From Candidatus Omnitrophota bacterium (GTDB taxonomy: Bacteria > Omnitrophota > Omnitrophia > Omnitrophales > Aquincolibacteriaceae): a DNA stretch of 44,074 nucleotides. Location of the stretch: assembly GCA_016196545.1 (NCBI GenBank), contig JACPXM010000007.1, positions 1 to 44,074 on the forward strand. Direction: 5' to 3'. This document shows positions 25,619-35,034 of the stretch, one piece after another. Below the pieces are notes generated by a model, which was not told the DNA's origin, searched no databases, and worked only from the letters and a program-made list of their open reading frames with translations. The translations under genes and the position numbers were made by a program. How positions within the stretch are numbered: the stretch's first letter is position 1; each line of letters opens with the position of its first letter.

Positions 25619-27505
25619 TTATTTTCTCGGGCTTTGATAATAAACGTTACCCACAAAAAAGGGGCCAAGCGACTGCATATACCGTGCGGTTTGCTGGGTC
25701 TTTCGCATGGCTTCGACCAGCTTGGACAAATAATGAAGCTCGGGACCGACAAGGCCCAGCACAAATTCATTGTCCCGCGCGTCCAAGCCGTAACAGGCAA
25801 GGCGAAGGTCCGCGGCATAACCTGCCTGACCGAAATTGCGGCCAATCATAGCATGCTCCCACAAAATTTTATCCTGTTCCGCTTTGGAAAGGAGCGCGAA
25901 TTCTGGCTTGCGGCGAAGAGGATACCAAATCGCCCAGGGCCAATCAGGATTCAGGGCCGTGCGTCTCGGTTTCTGAAGCAGCCAGTCTTCCAGGGCCGCT
26001 TCCCGGCCTGCCGCATAAGTTCTTCCGAACATCGTTAGCTCGGCTTTAGGAGTCAAATTTTCAAAGGGTGGTTGCTGAAAAAGTTTTCGTACCTCACGAG
26101 TGAACATTTCGGGATTTTCCGAAAGAATCAAGGCGCCGACACCGTACGGATCATTCACATCCGCATAGAGCACTCCTTCAAGACCCGAGGCTTGAAAGGT
26201 TTTTGCCAAGGAATCCACATTCCTGCAGCCTGTAAAACATTGCAGCTGAAAATAAAGCCGCCTGTCCAGGGCTTGAATCACGCCCGATTTCGGCTGTCCG
26301 GTTTCACGCAAATCCCGTGAGTCCCCTTGATAATAGAGGTCGCGGTCCGGGACAATCTCCCAGCGCCTCGCAACTTCGGAAAGTTCCTGTGTCAACGGCC
26401 ATTGATCCGCCTGAGGTTTTCCTGAATATTGCGTCGTGGCTCCCTTTAAAGACATTGAATTCCGATTATCACCGATTTTTGTGATGGCCTCAACGATGTC
26501 GCGCGGCAACGGAGGTGCCAGGGAAAGTTTGACCAGCTCCTCAAGTTCGATTTCAACCGGTTTGGCGTCCGGTCCCGCCTCTTGAACCAAGGTCGGGATC
26601 ACGCAATCCACAGCAGGCTGAGCGAGCGTCCAGCGCGAGGCAAGTTGCAAAAGCGTCATCGGAAATTCGCGCGCGGTTTCACGCATTTTCTCTGCCTTCG
26701 GAAGCGCAGTTTCAATCCAGCCCTCGGGCCGAAAGGCGCGATGATCCTGACGGCTGAGTTTATGGCCCGGTTTTAAATCGCCGTGAAAGATGCCGCCAGA
26801 GTCCACGACACGCGCGATGACTTTGACTGCAAATTTTTCCGCGGCAGGAAGCGAGAGCATTCCAGGCCACGGCTCCAGTGGATTTAAAATAATCATGGCC
26901 CAATCGATTAAATCATGAAATTTTTCAAAACATTGAATGAGATCCAACGCAAAACCGTTGGCCGGACCCGGGGCAAGGCCGAGTCGATGCGTAATCCCCT
27001 GTTTTTTGAGCGATTCCAGGCCTTTCCAAACGGCCTCGCCCGTATATCCCGTAAAGTCGGGATTATGAAGAAGCAGCAAGTCAAAATAGGCCGTACCCAG
27101 TCTTTCAAGGGATTTTCCGGAGGCCATCGCAAGAAAATTTGCGTATTCATTTTCAGGACGAAGATTTGGGTCCGTAAAACGCGGAAAACCTTTTTCTGCC
27201 TGGCGCTTTCCTTTGTAGAAATCATGTCCAATGAGTCCAATAAGGCAATAACTTGAGCGCGGATAACCGCCCAGGGCTTTTCCCATCAACTTATCCGCTT
27301 CCCCCTCACCGTAAACATCGGCGGACATAAACGTGCGAATGCCACTTTCATAAGCACGTTGGATGAGCCTTAGGAGCCGCAATTCGCCGATATCTTCGCC
27401 GAAATTCATGAAATGGCCGCCAGACCAGATGCCGAAGGCGGCTTCACCCGGCTCAAGGCCTTTGATTTCAGTTTTCTGAGAAATGTTTTTTAACTGGGTA
27501 GGCAT
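25619..27505 (-). CDS. Aldo/keto reductase fused to a chlorite-dismutase / coproheme-decarboxylase (Cld/ChdC) family domain
   Basis: N-terminal ADVYGEG..D, SLERLGT.YFDLLLLHNPD, QLA.RW.L AKR motifs; C-terminal WYPLRR...EHAMIGR...YGLD...MRKT...GPFFVG. Confidence 0.8.
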   Translation of the reverse strand: MPTQLKNISQKTEIKGLEPGEAAFGIWSGGHFMNFGEDIGELRLLRLIQRAYESGIRTFMSADVYGEGEADKLMGKALGGYPRSSYCLIGLIGHDFYKGKRQAEKGFPRFTDPNLRPENEYANFLAMASGKSLERLGTAYFDLLLLHNPDFTGYTGEAVWKGLESLKKQGITHRLGLAPGPANGFALDLIQCFEKFHDLIDWAMIILNPLEPWPGMLSLPAAEKFAVKVIARVVDSGGIFHGDLKPGHKLSRQDHRAFRPEGWIETALPKAEKMRETAREFPMTLLQLASRWTLAQPAVDCVIPTLVQEAGPDAKPVEIELEELVKLSLAPPLPRDIVEAITKIGDNRNSMSLKGATTQYSGKPQADQWPLTQELSEVARRWEIVPDRDLYYQGDSRDLRETGQPKSGVIQALDRRLYFQLQCFTGCRNVDSLAKTFQASGLEGVLYADVNDPYGVGALILSENPEMFTREVRKLFQQPPFENLTPKAELTMFGRTYAAGREAALEDWLLQKPRRTALNPDWPWAIWYPLRRKPEFALLSKAEQDKILWEHAMIGRNFGQAGYAADLRLACYGLDARDNEFVLGLVGPELHYLSKLVEAMRKTQQTARYMQSLGPFFVGNVYYQSPRK

Positions 27506-27682
27506 TTAAGAAGCTTTGGGAGGATTTTGATTCTGATCGGAGGAGCCGTCTTTCAGTGATTTTTTAAACTCCCGTATTCCTTCTCCGAGGGCACGACCTA
27601 TTTCGGGCAGTCGTTTGGCGCCGAAAAGCAGTAACACAACCGTAAGAATGACGACTACTTCCAAAGGCCCAGGCATATTCAT
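27506..27682 (-). CDS. tatA: Twin-arginine translocase subunit TatA/E
   Basis: E..VILTVVLLLFGAKRLPEIGRALGEGIREFKK; RBS GGAGG before ATG 27682. Confidence 0.93.
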   Translation of the reverse strand: MNMPGPLEVVVILTVVLLLFGAKRLPEIGRALGEGIREFKKSLKDGSSDQNQNPPKAS

Positions 27683-27748
27683 AAAAGCCTCCAAAATTGG
27701 GGATTAAGATGTCTGTAGGATAGCAAAAATTCGGCACTTGCTCAACTT

Positions 27749-27830
27749 GTTACTTTTTGACTTTTTCGAGCATTTCCTGGGCGTGCTGGCGGGAAATATC
27801 ACTTTCTTTTTGGCCGCTCATCATTTGCGC
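27749..27830 (-). repeat. Orphan duplicate of the recN 3' end (islet boundary)
   Basis: 68/82 nt identical to 31109-31190 by manual count; encodes AQMMSGQKESDISRQHAQEMLEKVKK* versus RecN AQMMSGKSETDISRRHAEEMLEKVKK*. Confidence 0.92.
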
Positions 27831-27832
27831 TC

Positions 27833-28294
27833 TCACTTACTTCGTTTTACCTTCATCCCAGGAGGAATTGAAAACAAAGCTGCATCTAATGGGACATTTT
27901 CTTCAATCTTTATAGCTTCTCTCGTCTTAAAACTGCCGAATTCATTTTTTTCTTCTTTTAGCGTAATTCCATACCAAGACCAAATCTTTGTCTGATTCTC
28001 GTCGGCAAAAAGTTTTCCTTGGTAAACCTTGCACGTTTTGTCCAATATTTTTTCTTCACCCCGTAGATTTTTTTCCTCTAGCAACAAGTCAAACCATACG
28101 GGAGATGATACAGCGGGAATAAGATCTTGCCCTCCCGGAATGGTATACCTTGATAAATGCAATAGCCAATTTGATAAAAAATCATGCCCATAAAACTGGG
28201 CCTCATTTTTTACAGGGTCAACGTAGTAAGTCCTATCACTGTTACGAATGGCTGCTCTCTCCGATGTAGGTGGCTCACTCTTAAACTTTTTTTC
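27833..28294 (-). pseudogene. C-terminal part of the IS-interrupted membrane protein gene
   Basis: Frame is open from the IS edge (EKKFKSEPP...) to the stop at 27833 and is in frame with 29568-30422 if the IS is removed. Confidence 0.7.
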
Positions 28295-28349
28295 TATAGT
28301 GGCCCCGGTTGTCTAGACCGTTTTTTGTATCGATTTTAGATATTATTTG

Positions 28350-29189
28350 TTAAGCCACCGGGTTGGGATTTTGGGCCACCTCCAGCCCCGAGTACACAAG
28401 CCACGGGGTTTTGTAATCCAGCGATTGATGATGCCGCTGCAAGTTGTAGAAATCGAAGTATTCTTTGAGCCCCGCCTCAGCGTCCGGAATTGTTTCATAG
28501 CCTTTCAGGTAAACATTTTCGTATTTAACGCTGCGCCACAATCTTTCCACAAAAATGTTGTCCAGCGCGCGGCCGCGGCCGTCCATACTGATTTTGATGC
28601 CACGATTCAAAAGCACTCGCGTGAATTCCTCGCTCGTGAACTGGCTGCCCTGGTCCGTGTTGAAAATCTCTGGTGTCGCATACCCAAGCGCCTCTTTCAA
28701 AGCTTCCACGCAAAAATCGCTGGTTAGCGTGTTAGAAATTTTCCAAGCGAGCACATACCGGCTTTTCCAATCCATCACGGCCGCCAAATACACGAATCCC
28801 TGCCGAAGCTTGATGTAGGTAATATCCATGCTCCAGACTTGGTTGGTGCGATTGACATTCACTCCGCGGAGCAAATACGGATATACCGGATGACCGGGAT
28901 GCGGCTTTGAGGTGTTTCTCTTGGGAAATATCGCCTCAAGGCCCATCAAACGCATCAACCGGCCCGCGCGTTTGCGGCCCACAAAAGACCCGCGGCTTTT
29001 GAGCTCACGCGACATTCTTCGGGCACCGTAAAACGGCCACTTCGTGTAAATCTCGTCGATCAGATTCATCACCGCCTGATCTTCGGGACTTACCGGCATC
29101 GGCTCGTAATAAAAACCAGAGCGGCTGCAAAAAAGCAGCTCACACTGACGCCTCACACTCACAGGAGATGATTCCTCACGCTCAATCAA
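28350..29189 (-). CDS. IS3 transposase OrfB (DDE domain)
   Basis: WSMDITYI, NTDQGSQFTS, DNIFVERLWRSVKYE. Confidence 0.95.
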   Translation of the reverse strand: MIEREESSPVSVRRQCELLFCSRSGFYYEPMPVSPEDQAVMNLIDEIYTKWPFYGARRMSRELKSRGSFVGRKRAGRLMRLMGLEAIFPKRNTSKPHPGHPVYPYLLRGVNVNRTNQVWSMDITYIKLRQGFVYLAAVMDWKSRYVLAWKISNTLTSDFCVEALKEALGYATPEIFNTDQGSQFTSEEFTRVLLNRGIKISMDGRGRALDNIFVERLWRSVKYENVYLKGYETIPDAEAGLKEYFDFYNLQRHHQSLDYKTPWLVYSGLEVAQNPNPVA

Positions 29190-29209
29190 AGCACGCCTCT
29201 CGTCCAGAC

Positions 29210-29503
29210 TCAGATGTTTAATTTTTTTTTGAGCCAGTTGTTTTCCACCTGCATCCGGCCCACGTTTTTGTAAAGATCCTCGATCAACTCTTTTTGGTCC
29301 TTCATCTTTTCGGCTCCGCCGGAAGGACTTGAGAAAAGCTCGGCCAGCCGGTCCTTGACCACGGCTTTCCAGGTGTTGATCTGCGAGACGTGCACTTCGT
29401 ATTCGGCGGCAAGCTCGGCCATTGTTTTGTCGCCCCTCAACGCCGCCAGAGCCACTTTCGCTTTAAATTCATCCGGAAATTTCTTGCGCATTTGGACCTC
29501 CAT
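29210..29503 (-). CDS. IS3 transposase OrfA (HTH)
   Basis: EFKAKVAL.AL....T.AELA..YEVH..QI..WK; ends WLKKK at the frameshift site. Confidence 0.93.
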   Translation of the reverse strand: MEVQMRKKFPDEFKAKVALAALRGDKTMAELAAEYEVHVSQINTWKAVVKDRLAELFSSPSGGAEKMKDQKELIEDLYKNVGRMQVENNWLKKKLNI

Positions 29504-29567
29504 TTATTGGGCCTGATTATATCTAACTTCAGGCTACTTTTTGGTCCAGTTTTCCGGGGCCACTATA

Positions 29568-30422
29568 GTCAATATACCTGACTTCGACACTTTTCATATC
29601 GGAGAATTTGCCTTTCTCTCTTACTTGATAGACAATTTTCACGGTCTTAAAAGGCGGCTTAGTGAATTGCGGAAGAGACCCATTTTTTTGAATATGCGAC
29701 ATAGCAAGATCGACTTGGTATCGTTTCGTAGAAACATCAACCATGTCATGCAGAAGAAAGATAACCATCCAAATCAAAAAAAATCCATAAACTGTTCTTT
29801 TATCCCAGCTCTTTAAAATGTAACCGTCATTTCCATTAATTCGCTCCGCTTGCTTATAAGCATCAATAGAAGCCCAGAGTATTATCCCTGTGACAAAAGG
29901 AAAACCAATCGATATTGGTAATATTAGAAGTTTTCGAGAAGAAGACCCTATCATAGTCAAAAGGGAAGAAATGGAAAATAGAAGCAAATATCCAAAACCC
30001 TTTAATTTCTGCGAATTATAAAATTGCCCTACGCCGGGAAACAGTACGGACAGAAAGACGGCCAAAAAGGGTTCTTTCCCTCGCTTCGGTATTTGAAAAG
30101 AGTGTTTCTTATTGTACTTTTTAGTAGTGGCATGAGCATCCACCAATACGTAAATCCAAAAAATTAGACCTGCGTAGCTTAAAACCCGGGCAGCTATTTT
30201 TAGATTGGGCAATGTAACAAGTTCAACAAACGGTCTCCAAGTTATGACAAACAATAAGGGGATTTCCAATAAAATCCCAAGAAGAATAAAAACCAAGCCT
30301 TTAATTTTCTTTCCACCGTAAATTTGACCCATTCCGGGGAAAATTTGGGAAAGCACAACCGCCAGCCATGGTTCTTTCCCGACTGCACCTTCTCTAGAAA
30401 AAATAAAGGATCGGGTATGCAT
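29568..30422 (-). pseudogene. N-terminal part of a membrane protein with two tandem 'P.LA..LS..FPG.GQ.Y' repeats, interrupted by IS3
   Basis: KEPWLAVVLSQIFPGMGQIY / KEPFLAVFLSVLFPGVGQFY; the ORF reads into the IS end (YSGPG = inverted repeat) and stops at 29529. Confidence 0.75.
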
Positions 30423-30431
30423 AAGTTAAAC

Positions 30432-30761
30432 CTAGAGAATTTTTTTAATCTCTATAGCAAGATCGGGGAGCTTATTTTTAATAACATCCCAAATAATCTC
30501 GGTGTCGATCCCAAAATATTCGTGAATAAGAATATCCCGAAGACCGGCTATTTTCTTCCACTCAACAGACGGATATTTTGTTTGAATTTCTTTGGGGATT
30601 TTTTTGACCGCTTCACCGATAATTTCCAGATTGCGGACAACGGCGTCAAGGGTTTTAAGATCGCTGGAAAATTGCTCCCTGGTTAGGCTGGAGGTATAAG
30701 TTTGGATTCGAGAAGCGGCTTCGAGAATATCGTCCAAATAGACTTTATAATCACGCGGCAT
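30432..30761 (-). CDS. HEPN (DUF86/HepT-like) RNase toxin
   Basis: YL.DILEA, DAVVRNLEIIGEA, RDILIHEY (Rx4H); start ATG 30761 overlaps the MNT gene end. Confidence 0.9.
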   Translation of the reverse strand: MPRDYKVYLDDILEAASRIQTYTSSLTREQFSSDLKTLDAVVRNLEIIGEAVKKIPKEIQTKYPSVEWKKIAGLRDILIHEYFGIDTEIIWDVIKNKLPDLAIEIKKIL

Positions 30762-31041
30762 CAACAAGATCCTGAAGAATTCGAGTCTTAAGGCGGGGCT
30801 TAATGGCACTGAATAAAACAAGGTCCACACGGCAGCCAAACAAATCCTCAAGATAATGCTTCAAATTCATGTAGGAGTCAAAAGTCTTTGGCTCCAGCTC
30901 AACGGCAAAGTCCAAATCACTGGAGACGTTTTGTTTGCCACGCACAAAGGATCCGAAAAGCCCCAAACGCTTGACCCCTAATTTTCGAATGTCTGTCTGA
31001 TGATCCCGAATGGTTTTTAAAACTGATTCCTTATCTTGCAT
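30751..31041 (-). CDS. Minimal nucleotidyltransferase antitoxin (MntA-like)
   Basis: LFGSFVRG....SDLD, L..LFG..VDLV; RBS AAGGAGG. Confidence 0.9.
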   Translation of the reverse strand: MQDKESVLKTIRDHQTDIRKLGVKRLGLFGSFVRGKQNVSSDLDFAVELEPKTFDSYMNLKHYLEDLFGCRVDLVLFSAIKPRLKTRILQDLVDAA

Positions 31042-31109
31042 AATCAGCCTCCTTTCGAATTGACAAATCGATCATGAGTATATTCGATCCAATACGGAAT
31101 AAAAAGAAG

Positions 31110-32774
31110 TTACTTTTTGACTTTTTCGAGCATTTCCTCAGCATGGCGGCGGGAGATATCGGTTTCGGACTTTCCGCTCATCATTTGCGCGAGCTCTTTC
31201 ACGCGTTCCTCACCTTCAATGACGCGGTACTGGGCAAAGGTGCGCTTGTCCTTAATCGTCTTAAAAACCTTGATGTGGCGCTCTCCGAAAGAGGCGATTT
31301 GGGGAAGATGCGTGATCACAAACACCTGATGGCTTTGTGTAATTTCCTTCAATTTATTGCCCACCACCGTACCCAGCCGACCGCCGATATTGGCGTCGAT
31401 TTCATCAAAAATCAAAGTCGGAACGGGGTCGGCCTTCATCAGCGTTTTTTTCAGGGCAAGCATCACGCGCGAGGCCTCGCCACCAGAAATGATTTTCGCG
31501 AGGGCCTGCGCCGGCTCGCCGGCATTTAAGGAAATCATAAATTCTGCTGCGTCTTGGCCGAGGGGCCCAAAATCAGCGGGGGAAAAATCCATGCGGAATT
31601 CGGCGTGAGTCATCCCCAAATCCAAAAGCTCTTTTTCAATTCCCTTTCTTAAATTTTGAGCCGCTTTTTTTCGAGCATCCGTCAACACGCGCCCGGCGGT
31701 TTGAATTTGGGGAAGAAGCGAACTGATTTTTCTCTCGGTTTCCTTTTCATAAACCCCAGAATGGGTAAGATCGTCAAATCGCTTTTTTGTTTTCTCATAA
31801 AAAGAACCGGCTTCGGCAAGTGTCGGGCCGTACTTTTTTTTGATGCGGTTTAAGTCGCTCAACCGCGACTGGATTTCCTCAAGACGCTCCGGGTCCGCGT
31901 CAAGCTTTTCCAAATAATCGCGCAGGGAACGAATGAATTCCTCAAGCTCAAGACGCGCGGTTTCAAATCCAGCCTTCAGAGGTTCCAGAGAAGAATCGAT
32001 ACGGGATAAATCTTGAAAATATCGGGAAGCCTCCCCCGCATTGGACGACGCCGAACCTTCCCCTTCTTCCAAAAGATTTAGGATGCGCACGGTTTTTTCC
32101 CGGATTTTTTCCGAGTGGGCAAAGCGCACGCGCTCGGATTCAAGCTTCAAGTCTTCCTCCGGGTCGGAAATCCCCGCATTTTTTATTTCCTCGATTTGAA
32201 ATTTGAGTAAATCAAGCTCGCGCTCCCGGCCCTGTTGAAGGGACAAAAGCTCATCTCTTCTTCGCAAAAGAGAGGAGAATTCTTCATAAAGCGTACGGTA
32301 TTCTTGAAGGGGCCGCGCGGAAGGCCAAAGCCCGTCCAGCACGGGAAGATGCGTCGCCGGGTCCAGGAGCATTTGATGATCATACTGCCCATGAATATCC
32401 ATTAAATATTTTCCTAATTCACGCAAAGTTGAAATATTCACGGTGCGGCCGTTTACCCACCCACGGCTGCGCCCCTGCCAGGAAAGGTCGCGGCGCAAAA
32501 TTAAAAGCGAATCACCGTCTTCAAAATATTCAGAGAACGAAGGTTTTTTTAAAAATTCCTTCGCAGGTTCAAACACCGCCTCCACAAGACAGCTTTTTTT
32601 TGAATCGCGCACATATTCTGCGTCCGAACGCTCACCCATCACAAAACGCAATGCGTCTATCAAAATCGATTTTCCCGCTCCAGTTTCCCCGGTCAAAATA
32701 TTCAGATCCCGGATAAATTCAAGCGTCACGTCATCGATCAATGCAAAATTTTCGATGTGAAGACGCGCGAGCAT
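31110..32774 (-). CDS. recN: DNA repair protein RecN
   Basis: ILTGETGAGKSILIDAL, IHGQYDHQ, SGGEASRVMLALK, FDEIDANIGG, ITHLPQIA. Confidence 0.97.
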   Translation of the reverse strand: MLARLHIENFALIDDVTLEFIRDLNILTGETGAGKSILIDALRFVMGERSDAEYVRDSKKSCLVEAVFEPAKEFLKKPSFSEYFEDGDSLLILRRDLSWQGRSRGWVNGRTVNISTLRELGKYLMDIHGQYDHQMLLDPATHLPVLDGLWPSARPLQEYRTLYEEFSSLLRRRDELLSLQQGRERELDLLKFQIEEIKNAGISDPEEDLKLESERVRFAHSEKIREKTVRILNLLEEGEGSASSNAGEASRYFQDLSRIDSSLEPLKAGFETARLELEEFIRSLRDYLEKLDADPERLEEIQSRLSDLNRIKKKYGPTLAEAGSFYEKTKKRFDDLTHSGVYEKETERKISSLLPQIQTAGRVLTDARKKAAQNLRKGIEKELLDLGMTHAEFRMDFSPADFGPLGQDAAEFMISLNAGEPAQALAKIISGGEASRVMLALKKTLMKADPVPTLIFDEIDANIGGRLGTVVGNKLKEITQSHQVFVITHLPQIASFGERHIKVFKTIKDKRTFAQYRVIEGEERVKELAQMMSGKSETDISRRHAEEMLEKVKK

Positions 32775-33607
32775 CAGTCCTCTGCTTTTTCAGATTGCGA
32801 AATTTTATCCTGCAGAAGCCGGACCAGCCGGACAGAAAAAGAGCGGCTGACAAAACGGTTTCCGAAAGCCAATAATTTATTTTTGAATCCGGGGATTACC
32901 AGGGACTTCCCCTTCATCATCCCCTCGTAACCGATTTCTGCCACTTTTGAGGCAGACATCATACCCAACTTGAACAGTTTGGAGTCCTTCATACCCGCCC
33001 TTTCGCGGAATTCGGATTCCGTAGGACCGGGGCAAAGGCAGGTGACGGATACACCCTTGGAATTTAGTTCATTATGAAGCGCCTCAGAAAAGGACAACAC
33101 AAAGGCCTTCGTCGCGTAGTAAATTGCCATCATAGGCCCGGCCTGAAAGGCCGCGGTGGAGGCGACATTCATAATTTTTCCCCATCCCCGCTGGGCCATG
33201 CGAGGCAGAAAAAGTTTAGTCAAATGAACCAAGGCCCCCATATTGAGCTCCATCATCTCAAGCTCTTCATCGAGATCGGTTTCAAGAAAAGTACCGTGAA
33301 GGCCAAAACCCGCATTATTAATTAAAACATCGGGCTCCCATTGTTCGCGGGTAAGTTCGATAAATATCTCGCCCGGGGCAAGCGGCTTGGAAAGATCCTT
33401 GGCGAGGACATAAATCTTAATGGGATGAAGGGCATGCTGTGACTTGATTTCCTGAGCCACGGCTTCAAGGCGGGCTTTGTTTCGGGAAATGAGAATTAAA
33501 TCGTAGCCTTTGCGCGCAAAAAGCCGGGCGAATTCAAGCCCTATCCCCGCAGATGCTCCCGTGATGAGAACGGATTTTCTTTCCTGATAAGGAGGGTTCG
33601 ATTCCAT
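32774..33607 (-). CDS. Short-chain dehydrogenase/reductase
   Basis: TGASAGIG, NNAGFG, YYATK. Confidence 0.93.
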   Translation of the reverse strand: MESNPPYQERKSVLITGASAGIGLEFARLFARKGYDLILISRNKARLEAVAQEIKSQHALHPIKIYVLAKDLSKPLAPGEIFIELTREQWEPDVLINNAGFGLHGTFLETDLDEELEMMELNMGALVHLTKLFLPRMAQRGWGKIMNVASTAAFQAGPMMAIYYATKAFVLSFSEALHNELNSKGVSVTCLCPGPTESEFRERAGMKDSKLFKLGMMSASKVAEIGYEGMMKGKSLVIPGFKNKLLAFGNRFVSRSFSVRLVRLLQDKISQSEKAED

Positions 33608-33661
33608 GCCCCTTAAACTATCAAAAAATGACGTGTTTCTCCACGTAAAATATTTTTGAGA

Positions 33662-34039
33662 TCAGGCGGCTTGAGGACGCATCGCTTTCACGATCGCTTC
33701 TTGGAGATCTTCCATCGTCACGGGCTTCATCAAAACTATATCCGCTTGAGGAGCCGTATCTTCCGTTATGGTTCCGGAAAGCATGATCACGGGCAATTTA
33801 GGATTCAATTTTTTGATCCGTAGGACGAGTTCATCTCCCGTCATGAAGGGAAGCGCGCGGTCCGCGATGATCAAATCATAATTCCCTCTATTCCCTTGAA
33901 ATTTTTCGAAGGCTTCAAGGCCCGTATCTGCGGTTTCCACTTTATGGCCGCCGCGCTCCAGAAACATCACGATGATGTCACGCACATGCGGATTGTCCTC
34001 CACATAAAGAATCCGGTGTTTCTCGCTCCCAGGGACCAT
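33662..34039 (-). CDS. Single-domain response regulator (CheY-like receiver)
   Basis: ILYVEDN, LIIAD..LP, IMLSG, KP; start ATG 34039 just after the kinase stop. Confidence 0.85.
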   Translation of the reverse strand: MVPGSEKHRILYVEDNPHVRDIIVMFLERGGHKVETADTGLEAFEKFQGNRGNYDLIIADRALPFMTGDELVLRIKKLNPKLPVIMLSGTITEDTAPQADIVLMKPVTMEDLQEAIVKAMRPQAA

Positions 34040-34043
34040 CGCT

Positions 34044-34892
34044 TTAGGAACTTTCTCTTTCTCGATCGTCCGATCGAGAAAATGAAATTGAAAAGGTTGT
34101 CCCTTTATTTTTTTCGCTTTGAATAAGCACGGACCCTCCATGCCTTTGAATTACACCGTAGACAACAGAAAGTCCCAGTCCCGAACCGCTATCCCCTTTG
34201 GTCGTAAAAAAAGGTTCCCAGCATCGCCTTTTCACTTCTTCATCCATTCCGATACCTTGGTCGCAAACTTCAAGCACAACTTCGTACGCATTGGCATAAG
34301 TCCTAAGCATCAATTCCCCACCTTGGGGCATAGCATCCACGGCATTAAAGATAAGATTGGTAAGGACTTCACGGAGCTGGACGTCGTCGCCTTCAATCAA
34401 GGGAATATCCCCCAGCTCCTTTCGAACGGTGATCTGCGCTCCCTTAACGAGCGCCTGACTTTTCCATTTAGGCTGCGTTAAGGAGATCATCTCTTCAATC
34501 ATGGGATTTAAATGAACCGACGTAAAGGGTTCGTTTTGCTCCCGGGTGTAGAAAAAATCCCGAAGCCTCTTGACAATCCCTGCGGCGTGGCGCGCAGCGG
34601 CATTCATGATCTGCAAAAATTGAAGCAGCGTTTTGCGATCTTCACGCGCCTGGGGATCCTTTAAAAGAAGCTCGCTATAACCCAAAATCGGCGACAGCGC
34701 ATTATTGAAATCGTGGACAATACCGCTTGCCATTTGGCCGAGGGCACGAAGCCGCTCCTGCTGAACAAGCTGGTATTGTGTCTTACGGAGTTCTTCAAGT
34801 GCCTTTTCAAGCTGTTGGGTTCTTTCCGATATTTTTTTTTCGAATTCGGCCTTGACCTTTTCAACATTTTCTTGCGATCCTGAAAAACTCAT
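34044..34892 (-). CDS. Cytoplasmic histidine kinase without a sensor domain
   Basis: Coiled coil, H-box GIVHDFNNAL, NLIFNAVDAM, DQGIGM, PFFTTK, GSGLGLS; RBS AAGGAAGG. Confidence 0.9.
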   Translation of the reverse strand: MSFSGSQENVEKVKAEFEKKISERTQQLEKALEELRKTQYQLVQQERLRALGQMASGIVHDFNNALSPILGYSELLLKDPQAREDRKTLLQFLQIMNAAARHAAGIVKRLRDFFYTREQNEPFTSVHLNPMIEEMISLTQPKWKSQALVKGAQITVRKELGDIPLIEGDDVQLREVLTNLIFNAVDAMPQGGELMLRTYANAYEVVLEVCDQGIGMDEEVKRRCWEPFFTTKGDSGSGLGLSVVYGVIQRHGGSVLIQSEKNKGTTFSISFSRSDDRERESS

Positions 34893-34933
34893 AGCTTTCC
34901 TTCCTTGACACACCTTAACTTAATGTTCTGTAG

Positions 34934-34948
34934 TCAATTTTTGTGCCA
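34934..34948 (-). promoter_or_regulatory. Possible sigma54 promoter
   Basis: TGGCAC-AAAAA-TTGA about 42 nt upstream of the kinase start; -12 box is TTGA instead of TTGC. Confidence 0.5.
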
Positions 34949-35034
34949 ATTGAACAGCAGCGAAGAATTTTAGAGAGAAGAAAATAGGGAGGAGTTTTGC
35001 CGCGGGTTTTTAGCTGACTTTAAAACTGTGCAAA

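Larger units (their letters stand above)
28295..29567 (-). mobile_element. IS3-family insertion sequence, 1273 bp
   Basis: Terminal inverted repeats TATAGTGGCCCCGG-ttgtCTaGACC / TATAGTGGCCCCGG-aaaaCTgGACC; orfA plus orfB; A9 slippery run at 29222-29230. Confidence 0.93.

Noticed and set aside
27738-27995. Plus-strand ORFs 27738..27995 and 31074..31529 as a paralogous gene pair
   Set aside because: Their similarity is just the antisense reading of the duplicated recN 3' end.
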